A DNA stretch of 64,000 bases, from contig JALUYI010000055.1 of assembly GCA_027013095.1 (NCBI GenBank), forward strand, positions 7,475 to 71,474, given 5' to 3'. Source of the stretch: Paracoccaceae bacterium (lineage in GTDB: Bacteria > Pseudomonadota > Alphaproteobacteria > Rhodobacterales > Rhodobacteraceae). This document shows, in pieces, positions 48,573 to 56,841 of the stretch. The notes below the pieces were generated by a model. That model did no database searches and was not told the DNA's origin. It saw only the letters and a list, made by a program, of their open reading frames with translations. Numbering within the stretch: position 1 is the stretch's first letter; every line of letters starts with the position of its first letter. The position numbers were made by a program, and so were the translations under genes.

Positions 48573-49409
48573 CTATCCCTTTGGCGCGTTCGGGTGGAAC
48601 AGTTGCGTGCCAAAGGCGCGATAGGATCCGATCACCTTTTGACCGCGCGGCGACAGCATCCAGTCGATAAAGGTCTTGGCCTGCTTGACCTTGACATTGT
48701 CGCAATGCGCCGGATTGACAAGGATGATGCCGTATTGATTGAACAACGCTGGATCGCCTTGTGACAAGATCTTGAAATCTCCCTTGTTTCCGAACTTTAG
48801 CCACGTGGCCCGGTCAGTCAGGGTATAGGCGTTCATCCCGACTGCGGTATTCAGCGTGGCCCCCATGCCCGAGCCCGTCTCGCGATACCAAGTGCCGCTG
48901 TCCTTGGCAGGGTCCAACCCCGTCGCCTTCCACAGCGCGATCTCTTTTTTATTGGTGCCACTGTTGTCCCCGCGAGACGCGAACGCCGCCTTGGCACCGG
49001 CAATTGCCTTTAGCGCATCGACAACCGTTTTGGTCGCGGCAACATGGGCCGGATCACTGGCCGGACCAACGATTATAAAGTCATTATACATCAGATTGGT
49101 GCGCTTCACCCCGTAACCTGCGGCGATGAATTTCTCCTCGGCGGATTTTGCGTGCACGACCAGAAGATCGCCGTCGCAATTCGCGCCGTTCTTCAGCGCC
49201 TGACCAGTGCCAACGGCAACAACATGAACGTCAATTCCGGTGTCAGCGGTGAATTTCGGTAGCAAGTAATCATAAAGCCCCGAGTTCTGGGTCGATGTCG
49301 TGGACTGCACGGTAATGAACGGATTGGCGGCAAGTGTCGGCGTTGCAACAAGGCCAAGGCCGGTCGCCAGTGCCAGTGCAATCCCCCTGAAGAGGGTGGT
49401 GGTGGTCAT
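48573..49409 (-). CDS. tupA: tungstate ABC transporter substrate-binding protein
   Basis: 278 aa from ATG 49409 (ATGA overlap with the tupC stop). It has a signal peptide. The TupA-type segments VQSTTSTQNSGL, VAVGTGQAL, LLVVHAKSAEEKF and SRGDNSGTNKKE are as I recall them for Eubacterium TupA. Confidence 0.85.
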   Translation of the reverse strand: MTTTTLFRGIALALATGLGLVATPTLAANPFITVQSTTSTQNSGLYDYLLPKFTADTGIDVHVVAVGTGQALKNGANCDGDLLVVHAKSAEEKFIAAGYGVKRTNLMYNDFIIVGPASDPAHVAATKTVVDALKAIAGAKAAFASRGDNSGTNKKEIALWKATGLDPAKDSGTWYRETGSGMGATLNTAVGMNAYTLTDRATWLKFGNKGDFKILSQGDPALFNQYGIILVNPAHCDNVKVKQAKTFIDWMLSPRGQKVIGSYRAFGTQLFHPNAPKG

Positions 49410-50155
49410 GGTATCAATCTCCCGAGTTTGTAACACCGTGCGGCGCGTGACTGCGGATCGTCGAAAAATTGCGGCGCCCGCGTCACCTCCGTCACCTGGC
49501 CGCGGTGAAGAAAAATCACGCCCGAGGCAAGACGCTTGGCCTGCGCCCAGTCGTGGGTGACGAAAATAACCTTGGTTCCCAGCCGCATCGTCCGGCGTGC
49601 CAGCCTCTCGATCGCCGCAGTCGAGCGCGGATCGAGGCTGGCCGTGGGCTCATCCAGCAACAACACCCGAGGCTCGCGCGCCAGCGCCCGAACAATGGAC
49701 AGGCGCTGTTGCTCGCCCCCCGACAGGGCACAGGCCGGCCGGTCAGCAAGGTCCAGAAGATCCGCCAACGCCAACAGCTCATCCGCCTGTCGGGGGCGCA
49801 GTCGGCGCGGCACCCGGGCGATTTTCAGGGCATGGATCAGATTGGCGCGTGCCGAGCGGCGCAGCAGAACCGGCGTCTGAAAGACCAGTGCCATATTGTC
49901 TTTCAGCCCGTCAGCCATGTCGATGCGGCCGGAATCCGGGGCAATCAACCCGGCAATAACCCGCAAGGTCAGGGTCTTTCCCGCCCCGTTCGGGCCCAGA
50001 ATGGCCGTCATCCCGTCGCTGGGAATATCAAACGAGACGCAATCCAGCAGCTTTTCGTCGCGCCTCGTATAGGTCACGTCCGAAAGCCGCAAAACCACGT
50101 CGGGGGTGTCGGTGGCGGACAGACTGTGAAGCGGGATGATCTTTGGCTCAGACAT
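49406..50155 (-). CDS. tupC: ABC transporter ATP-binding protein (tungstate uptake)
   Basis: 249 aa. Walker A GPNGAGKT, signature LSGGEQQR and Walker B LLLDEP are present. Confidence 0.85.
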   Translation of the reverse strand: MSEPKIIPLHSLSATDTPDVVLRLSDVTYTRRDEKLLDCVSFDIPSDGMTAILGPNGAGKTLTLRVIAGLIAPDSGRIDMADGLKDNMALVFQTPVLLRRSARANLIHALKIARVPRRLRPRQADELLALADLLDLADRPACALSGGEQQRLSIVRALAREPRVLLLDEPTASLDPRSTAAIERLARRTMRLGTKVIFVTHDWAQAKRLASGVIFLHRGQVTEVTRAPQFFDDPQSRAARCYKLGRLIP

Positions 50156-50846
50156 GGACGGCCCCGCCGTTGTCGGTCCTCAGGAACGAGACCGCAGCAT
50201 TGACAATGACTGACAGCGCCAGCAGCACAATCCCAAGGGCCATGGCAAAGGCCAGACTGCCCTTTGATGTCTCCAGCGCAATCGCCGTCGTCATCACCCG
50301 CGTGACGTGATCGATATTGCCGCCAACGATCATGACCGCTCCGACCTCGGATAAGGCGCGCCCCATCCCAGCCAGAGCCACGGTCAAAAGCGAGCGGCGT
50401 GCCTCCCAAAAAACGGTCAGCAGGATTTGCCATTTGTTGGCCCCCAGAGACCTCAGCATCTCGTCATATTGAGCATGAAGATCAACGAACACCTGCCGCG
50501 ACAGCGAGGCCGCAATGGGAAAGACCAGAACCGTCTGGGCAACGATCATGGCCGTGGGCGTGTAAAGAAACTCCAGAACGCCCAGCGCACCGCGATGCGA
50601 AAACAAAAGATACAGTCCCAGCCCCACAACGACCGGCGGCAGGCCCATCAGGGCATTGACCAGAACAACCAGCGCGCGCCGCCCCGGGAACGGCCATGTC
50701 GCCAAGAGCGCGCCGAACGGCAGCGCCAACAGCAACGCCACCGCGACCGCGCTGAACGAGACCTTGATTGACAACAGGATGATCTCGACCAGATCAGGGT
50801 CAAATCGGGCGAGCATCCGAAACGCGTCGAGAAATCCGTTATCCAT
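50148..50846 (-). CDS. tupB: ABC transporter permease (tungstate uptake)
   Basis: 232 aa from ATG 50846 (AGGAGGG SD); the track start 50879 is TTG. Five to six hydrophobic spans. 8-nt overlap with tupC. Confidence 0.82.
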   Translation of the reverse strand: MDNGFLDAFRMLARFDPDLVEIILLSIKVSFSAVAVALLLALPFGALLATWPFPGRRALVVLVNALMGLPPVVVGLGLYLLFSHRGALGVLEFLYTPTAMIVAQTVLVFPIAASLSRQVFVDLHAQYDEMLRSLGANKWQILLTVFWEARRSLLTVALAGMGRALSEVGAVMIVGGNIDHVTRVMTTAIALETSKGSLAFAMALGIVLLALSVIVNAAVSFLRTDNGGAVHV

Positions 50847-51057
50847 GCTGTGCCCTCCTCTGCTCAGCGACGGTGCCAAAATGGGGTATCCCGCCCCTCA
50901 TGTCACCGTCGGCCAGAGGCCAGAGCCGCAAAGTGCCCAAATATGGCCGGCGGTCGAGGCGCAAAAAGACGCATGGCATCGCATGAAAAAAGCTGTGCAA
51001 GAGCCTATGTTCCTGTTGGTGGGGAGGGTGTGCAGGTAATTCGCCCGCGCCCAAAGA

Positions 51058-51186
51058 AGTTGCGCGGATTTCTTGCGCGTGACAAGGAAAACTTGGGCAA
51101 AATTGCGAAAAAATCCCGCCTTGGCCGTTATTCTTTCATCCGTTCTGCAAGCGCGGACATTTTGTCCAAAGAGTTGCGCGGCTTTC
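51058..51186. repeat. direct repeats AGTTGCGCGG(A/C)TTTC in the tupB upstream region
   Basis: Copies lie at 51058-51072 and 51172-51186 (14 of 15 identical). There is a partial third copy, TTGCGCG, at 51073-51079. Confidence 0.6.
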
Positions 51187-51212
51187 GCCCGGGGCGACTC
51201 GACAAAATGTCC
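51155..51212. promoter_or_regulatory. pair of palindromic sites GGACA-N3-TGTCC (candidate response-regulator binding sites)
   Basis: GGACATTTTGTCC lies at 51155-51167 (perfect palindrome). GACAAAATGTCC lies at 51201-51212 (12 of 13). The centres are 45 bp apart. The 15-mer CGGACATTTTGTCCA recurs at 62044-62058. Confidence 0.45.
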
Positions 51213-51311
51213 GATGAACAAGCGCGCCTTGGGCACAGGCCGCTGGGCGCGCATTTTCGGTCCCGAATCGAGCCCCAAACAGGCCCCCGGATATGGCAGT
51301 TCGCGAGCCCC

Positions 51312-53312
51312 CTACCCCACCCGCGGCAGGATGATGCAAAACCGTGTGCCCTTGCCGGGCGTTGTCTTCATCGTGATCTGGCCGCCCGCGCGGGTGATCA
51401 GATTTCGACAGATCGACAGACCCAGCCCGGTGCCCTCGCCCCGCTTGGTAGTAAAGAACGGGTCGAAGATACGCGCCGCGACCTCATCGGACATGCCCAG
51501 ACCCGTGTCGGATACCACGATCTCGATATCCTTTTGCCCCGGGCTGGAGGTTGCAATTGTCAACTTGCCGCCCTTGGGCATCGCCTGCACGGCGTTGACA
51601 ATCAGATTGACCAGAACCTGCTGTAGTTCGGTTCGGTTCATCGCCACACCCCCCTCGGCGGCCAGCAAAAGGTCAATCTTTATGCCCGAACTGGTCAGCA
51701 GATGCTGCACCAAGGGCAAAGTATCACGCACCACCTCATCGGCGTCGTGACCTTCGCCTGTCTCGGCATATTCCTCGGGTCGGGCAAATTGCAAAAGTTT
51801 GCTGACCAGAATGTGAATCGCCTGTATCTGGTCCTGAATCAGACGGCATTCGGTGCTGTAATCCCCGGGAGATTTGCCAAGGTCGGCGCGCAAAACGTCA
51901 AAATTCCCCTGAATGACGGCCAGCGGGTTGTTGATTTCATGGGCGATCCCGGCGGTGATCTCGCCAATCGCGGCCAGTTTCTCCGAAACGATCAGCTGCT
52001 TTGTCGTCGCCTCAAGTTGGCGGTTGGCGGCCTGCAACTCGGCGGTGCGCTCGGCCACGCGGGTTTCCAGCTCATTGGCCCAGTCCCGCAGCTTTCTGTC
52101 CCGCTCCTGCACCTGATCCAGCAACTGATCCAACTGTTTTGCCACACGACTGATTTCATCGTCACGCCCCCGGTAATTGGTGCGCGCATCCAGATTTCCC
52201 GCTTCGACACGCTGAATCACGCTGTTCATCTCGGCCAGCGGACGAAAGATCCCGCGCGCCGCCCACAACATGATCGGGACGAACAACAGAATCGCCGCCA
52301 ACACCGTTCCGCCGATCTGAAACAACGTCGCGCGACGGGCCGCAACAAACGGTTTTTCCAGAAACCCGACATAGAGCATCCCGACGCGTTTGCCGAAACT
52401 GTCGATGATGGGTTCATAGGCCGATACGTACCAGTCGTTGACGACAAAGGCGCGGTCCTGCCAGACCTTCCCGTGCCGCAAGACGTGATCGCGCACAGCA
52501 ACCGACACGCGGGTGCCAAGGGCGCGCCGACCCGCAAACAGGCGCACGTTGGTCGAGACCCGGACATCATCCAGAAACAGGGTTGCCGTACCTCGACTGC
52601 CCTCTGTCAGGCGCCCCTTGGGATAGACCAGATCGTTGATTTCATCGATGAACCCAAGGTTTCGGTTCAGCAGCACCCCCCCCACCAGAACCCCGTCGCG
52701 GGCGCGGGCAGCGGCCTGCAGGACCATGCCCCGGGTCTCAACCGTGCGGTCGGTATGGGCCGCTGCCCGTGTCGGCACCAGAGGGATCCGGGCGCGACGG
52801 GCCAATGCCGGGGACAGCGCCGCCAGATCGGCGGTCGAATAGATGTCAATCGAGGTGCGCGCCTGACCCCGAACAGCATCACGCACCACCGGCCAATGCA
52901 TGGGGGCAAGGGGGCGCGCGGTTTTGGGGCTGGCAGCAAGGGTCGCGACACCCCTGAGGTAGTAAAGGAAATCAAGGCCGATTTTCCGCCGCTCACGTTC
53001 GAGAAGCGGGGCGATATCGCCACTTTCCTGCGCCTTGGCAAATACTGCGGATTCGGCCAGCGCCTGAATGGCAATTCCGCGACTTTTTTCAAGGCCGGTC
53101 AGGTGCTGATGGGCGATGGTCAACTGCCCACTGACCTGTGATATCAAGACCTTACTCAGAAGGTCGTTCCAGCTTTTGACCGCGGTTCCCAAAAGCAGGG
53201 GCAACAAGAACACCACCGGCAACAACGCCAGTAGCAACAGTCGCGTGCGCACCGAGCGCCAGATCGGCGGCGCAGCCTGCGGTGGCTTGGGCTGGCCCGG
53301 TGCCTCAGTCAT
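51312..53312 (-). CDS. sensor histidine kinase with a large periplasmic domain, HAMP, HisKA and HATPase
   Basis: 666 aa from ATG 53312 (8-nt overlap with the regulator stop). Two TM helices flank about 300 aa. The H-box is AGIAHEINNPLAVIQGN and the ATPase G-boxes are DTGLGM and GTGLGLSI. Confidence 0.88.
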   Translation of the reverse strand: MTEAPGQPKPPQAAPPIWRSVRTRLLLLALLPVVFLLPLLLGTAVKSWNDLLSKVLISQVSGQLTIAHQHLTGLEKSRGIAIQALAESAVFAKAQESGDIAPLLERERRKIGLDFLYYLRGVATLAASPKTARPLAPMHWPVVRDAVRGQARTSIDIYSTADLAALSPALARRARIPLVPTRAAAHTDRTVETRGMVLQAAARARDGVLVGGVLLNRNLGFIDEINDLVYPKGRLTEGSRGTATLFLDDVRVSTNVRLFAGRRALGTRVSVAVRDHVLRHGKVWQDRAFVVNDWYVSAYEPIIDSFGKRVGMLYVGFLEKPFVAARRATLFQIGGTVLAAILLFVPIMLWAARGIFRPLAEMNSVIQRVEAGNLDARTNYRGRDDEISRVAKQLDQLLDQVQERDRKLRDWANELETRVAERTAELQAANRQLEATTKQLIVSEKLAAIGEITAGIAHEINNPLAVIQGNFDVLRADLGKSPGDYSTECRLIQDQIQAIHILVSKLLQFARPEEYAETGEGHDADEVVRDTLPLVQHLLTSSGIKIDLLLAAEGGVAMNRTELQQVLVNLIVNAVQAMPKGGKLTIATSSPGQKDIEIVVSDTGLGMSDEVAARIFDPFFTTKRGEGTGLGLSICRNLITRAGGQITMKTTPGKGTRFCIILPRVG

Positions 53313-54699
53313 CCCACAGCGCACATTTTCGGTCGATCGTCTTGCGCGAGATGCCAAGGCGTCGGGCCGCCTCGGCGCGGTTCCCCTCACAAGCCTCCAG
53401 AACCAGACGAATATGGCGCTCTTCCACCATCTGCAGGGATTCGACCGGCGCATCCGGGCCAAGCGTCTCGCCGTCTGAAAATTCCGGCGGAAACCCTCCT
53501 AAAATCAGCGATCGTTCGATCAGGTTTTTCAATTCGCGCACATTTCCGGGCCAAGGGTAGCGGGCCAGCGCGCGCAACACATCCTCGCCAATCGGCAGGC
53601 GTGCAACACCGAGTTGCCGCGACAACAGGCCCATCATGTGATCAGCCAACTCGGCCAGATCACCGACGCGCTCACGCAGGGGCGGCATATGAACGCTCAT
53701 CACGTTGATCCGGTGCCACAGATCGCGCCGAAAGCGCCCCTCTTGAACCGCCTGCTCCAGATCGGCGCTGGTGGCAAACAGGAACCTCAGATTCAGCGCA
53801 ATCTCACGCTCGGCCCCTTGCGGACGCAGGCGGTTTTCCTGCACCACGCGCAACAGGGCAGCCTGAACCGATACCGGCAGCTCGGCAATCTCATCAAGAT
53901 AAAGCGTGCCACCCGAAGCCAGCGCCAACAAGCCATCCTGCTGGCGCGAGAGATTGCCAAACAGTTCGGTCATCACCCGCTCGGCATCCACTCCGGCGCA
54001 GTTCACCGGTACAAACAACCCGTTGGCTCGATTTGAAATGGCGTGAAGCGTGCGTGCGGCCACTTCTTTTCCGGTTCCGGTCTCGCCGGTAAACAGAACC
54101 GGCGTCGGAACCTCGGCAAGTGCCTTCAGGGTCTTGCGCACCGTATCCATTCCGGGCGAGTGGCCGATCAGGCGCCCGCGCGAAGACAATGAATCGGCCC
54201 GCAATTCGTGTTTGAGCAGATAATTTTCGCGGCGCAGAAACCGCTGGTCCATGCAGCGCGCAACCGCATTCAGGATCTGGTTCGAGCGAAACGGTTTTAG
54301 CACGAAATCCGCTGCACCCACACGCAGCGCGTGGATTGCCGTTTCCAGATCTGCATAGGCGGTGATCAGAATGGCCTCGGCGAACAGTCCGACCTTGCGC
54401 TGCTCGGCCAGCCAGTCCAGCCCCGACTGCCCCGGCATCACGTTGTCAAGGATCACCAGATCGAAATGATGCGCATCCAGCAGGGCCGAGGCTTCGGCGG
54501 CGTTGACAGCCTCCTCAAGGCGATGCACCCGCGGGGCAAGGACCCGACGCAGGAAATTCCGCATCCCCGGTTCGTCGTCAAGAACGAGCACCGAAATATT
54601 TGCCAGCGCGCGGTCAATTATAGATGGTTCGTGCGTGGCGCCAGCGGGCGCAATGTTCACCGTTTGAGACTTGGCAACATCCTGCCCGTCTTCAGTCAC
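53305..54699 (-). CDS. NtrC-family (REC + AAA+ + Fis-type HTH) response regulator lacking the GAFTGA loop
   Basis: 464 aa. REC domain is visible (VLVLDDEPGM...DLVILDNVMPG), with Walker A GETGTGKE and Walker B TLYLDEI. Between ELFG and GGTL only NLSRQQDGLLALAS is present, with no GAFTGA. The HTH is AEAARRLGISRKTI. GTG start overlaps the upstream stop. Confidence 0.88.
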   Translation of the reverse strand: MTEDGQDVAKSQTVNIAPAGATHEPSIIDRALANISVLVLDDEPGMRNFLRRVLAPRVHRLEEAVNAAEASALLDAHHFDLVILDNVMPGQSGLDWLAEQRKVGLFAEAILITAYADLETAIHALRVGAADFVLKPFRSNQILNAVARCMDQRFLRRENYLLKHELRADSLSSRGRLIGHSPGMDTVRKTLKALAEVPTPVLFTGETGTGKEVAARTLHAISNRANGLFVPVNCAGVDAERVMTELFGNLSRQQDGLLALASGGTLYLDEIAELPVSVQAALLRVVQENRLRPQGAEREIALNLRFLFATSADLEQAVQEGRFRRDLWHRINVMSVHMPPLRERVGDLAELADHMMGLLSRQLGVARLPIGEDVLRALARYPWPGNVRELKNLIERSLILGGFPPEFSDGETLGPDAPVESLQMVEERHIRLVLEACEGNRAEAARRLGISRKTIDRKCALWDD

Positions 54700-54827
54700 T
54701 TGTCCATCACCCTCACATCCGGCGCCGTCGCAACGTCTTGCGTGGAGAACCCCATATGGTCGAGAACATAATTGGCCACGAGCGCAATAACGATCGCGGC
54801 GATAAAGGACATCAGCATGGTTTTCAT
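54696..54827 (-). CDS. 43-aa single-span membrane peptide, function unknown
   Basis: MKTMLMSFIAAIVIALVANYVLDHMGFSTQDVATAPDVRVMDK. The ATG lies 4 nt after the FDH gamma stop, with a GGAGAGGGGA SD. Its stop overlaps the regulator GTG (GTGA). Confidence 0.5.
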   Translation of the reverse strand: MKTMLMSFIAAIVIALVANYVLDHMGFSTQDVATAPDVRVMDK

Positions 54828-54831
54828 CGTG

Positions 54832-56088
54832 CTATCCCCTCTCCGCAGCGCCCTTGGCGGCGATGTTCTCTGACGCTGGTGTTTTTTGTTCTTCGTCCCG
54901 GACAGACTCCAGCCAGAGGGAATGATGCTCCTTTGCCCATTCCTCGTCAACCGTGCCGCTGACCATTGCATCCAGCGCGCCCTCCATGCCGACGGAGCCG
55001 ATATAAATATGGCCCAGAATCAGTGCCGTCAGAATGATCGCAAGGATCGCATGTGCGGCCTGCGTCAGTTGCATTTCCTGTTGCAAGGGCATCCGCTCGG
55101 GAAGGGCTCCTGCCCCGAACAGATGTGACAAGCCAAGGCCGTTCAGCCAGTGAAAAAGGTGTGAAAAGATCGGCAGATCAAACGGGAACAGCAGCGACAG
55201 CCCCAACAGAGAAATCGCGCTGCCCAGCAGGATCACCGACCAGAACACCAGCTTCTGACCGGCATTGAATTTCTTCGAAGGCGGATGCTCGCCCTTGGAA
55301 AACAGCCCACCCGCATTGGCAAGCCAGATAATATCACCGCGCTCAGGTATGTTCTTGGCAACCCACAGCACAAAGGTCAGGATCAGCCCCAGAATAAAGG
55401 CCCAGGCCAGATTATTGTGGGCCCATTTACCGGCCAGTGCAATCGGGGCAAAGGCGTCCTTGCCGATCAGGGGAATGATAAAGGCGCGCCCCATCAGTTG
55501 CATCAGCCCGGTCAGGCCGAGGATGACAAAACTTCCTGCCAGCAGCCAGTGCGAGAATCTTTCCATGGCGGAAAACCTGAGGATTCGCACGCCTGACGGA
55601 GGACGCGCCAACCTGAATCGTCCGTGAATCGCCAGAACCGCCGCCAAGAGGACAATGACAGCCACAAGCAGCCCCCCGCCATAGGTGATCAGCGGCCCGC
55701 GACGGAATTTCAGCCATGTCATGCCAGTGCTCTGAATGGTCGCGCGCGCCGCCGGAAGGCGGGTTGAAACGGTCACATCCGCCTCGCCAAAACGAAGCGC
55801 CCGCCAGACCTCGGCATTGGACACACCACCAAGGGTTCCGAGCGGTGCGCGAATCGAGGCCGCTTGGTCCGGGTTTCCGATTGCGTTGCGGCGAAAGTCG
55901 TTGTTGACCTTCAATCCTTTTTGACGGGCCAGAATGTCGGCCAAGGTCTGCGCGCCGCCAGTGGCCTGCCGCGCGCCCGACACGGTCTGCGCGCCCGCGT
56001 CGCTCTCCCCCGGAACGGGCACGAAAAACATCAAGATACCCACCAGTAACAGGGCCGGCAGCTTGAAACAAATGTTGGTGACTGTCAT
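54832..56088 (-). CDS. formate dehydrogenase cytochrome b (gamma) subunit with an N-terminal periplasmic extension
   Basis: 418 aa: a signal peptide, about 130 aa of soluble segment, then 5 hydrophobic spans with conserved His residues (ERFSHW, KWAHN, FHWLNG, AAHAILA...LGHIY). Confidence 0.8.
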   Translation of the reverse strand: MTVTNICFKLPALLLVGILMFFVPVPGESDAGAQTVSGARQATGGAQTLADILARQKGLKVNNDFRRNAIGNPDQAASIRAPLGTLGGVSNAEVWRALRFGEADVTVSTRLPAARATIQSTGMTWLKFRRGPLITYGGGLLVAVIVLLAAVLAIHGRFRLARPPSGVRILRFSAMERFSHWLLAGSFVILGLTGLMQLMGRAFIIPLIGKDAFAPIALAGKWAHNNLAWAFILGLILTFVLWVAKNIPERGDIIWLANAGGLFSKGEHPPSKKFNAGQKLVFWSVILLGSAISLLGLSLLFPFDLPIFSHLFHWLNGLGLSHLFGAGALPERMPLQQEMQLTQAAHAILAIILTALILGHIYIGSVGMEGALDAMVSGTVDEEWAKEHHSLWLESVRDEEQKTPASENIAAKGAAERG

Positions 56089-56235
56089 GTTCGGTTCCCC
56101 GCGCTGAATGCTGATCCGTCGGTGGGCGGTGATCTAAAAGACACCCACGGCACCGCTTTGCCGGAACCATGGGTGAGGTCATGTGCTTATCGGACGACCC
56201 CAACCGGAGCCGCCCGTTTCACGGCATCCGGACGA

Positions 56236-56829
56236 TCAGCCGGCCTTGCGATTATAGGCCGTACCCCAGCCCCAGGCGCCGGACCCAAAGCCGCGCGAAA
56301 CAACCCGTTCGCGGTAAATCGCCGAAACGACATCCCCGTCCCCGGCCAGCAGCGCCTTGGTCGAGCACATTTCGGCGCAGATCGGCAATTTGCCCTCGGC
56401 AATCCGGTTGCGCCCGTATTTCTGGAACTCGGCCTGACTGCCGTCGGGCTCGGGACCGCCGGCGCAGAAGGTGCACTTGTCCATCTTGCCGCGCGAGCCG
56501 AAGTTGCCCGCTTGTGGATATTGCGGCGCGCCAAAGGGGCAGGCGTAAAAGCAATAGCCACAACCGATGCACAGGTCCTTGGAATGCAGGACAATGCCAT
56601 CCGCCGTCTGGTAGAAACAATCCACCGGACAGACCGCCATGCAGGGCGCATCCGAGCAATGCATGCAGGCGATCGAGATCGTCCTTTCGCCCGGTTTGCC
56701 ATCGTTGATGGTGACAACACGGCGCCGGTTGATGCCCCAAGGAACCTCGTGTTCGTTCTTGCAAGCGGTCACGCAAGCGTTGCATTCGATGCAGCGTTCA
56801 GCGTCACAGAGAAACTTCATTCGTGCCAT
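56236..56829 (-). CDS. formate dehydrogenase iron-sulfur (beta) subunit, 4x[4Fe-4S]-type ferredoxin
   Basis: 197 aa. Cys motifs CIECNACVTAC, CMHCSDAPC, CIGCGYCFYAC and CTFC are present. It lies 12 nt after the alpha subunit. Confidence 0.88.
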   Translation of the reverse strand: MARMKFLCDAERCIECNACVTACKNEHEVPWGINRRRVVTINDGKPGERTISIACMHCSDAPCMAVCPVDCFYQTADGIVLHSKDLCIGCGYCFYACPFGAPQYPQAGNFGSRGKMDKCTFCAGGPEPDGSQAEFQKYGRNRIAEGKLPICAEMCSTKALLAGDGDVVSAIYRERVVSRGFGSGAWGWGTAYNRKAG

Positions 56830-56841
56830 TTTTCTTACTCC

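Noticed and set aside
50850-51626. ORFs inside the tupB upstream region (50850-51626 plus, 50898-51278 minus, 51073-51750 plus).
   Set aside because: They have no SD and Arg/Pro-rich translations. They overlap the kinase gene or the tupB start. The region is better explained as regulatory and leader DNA.
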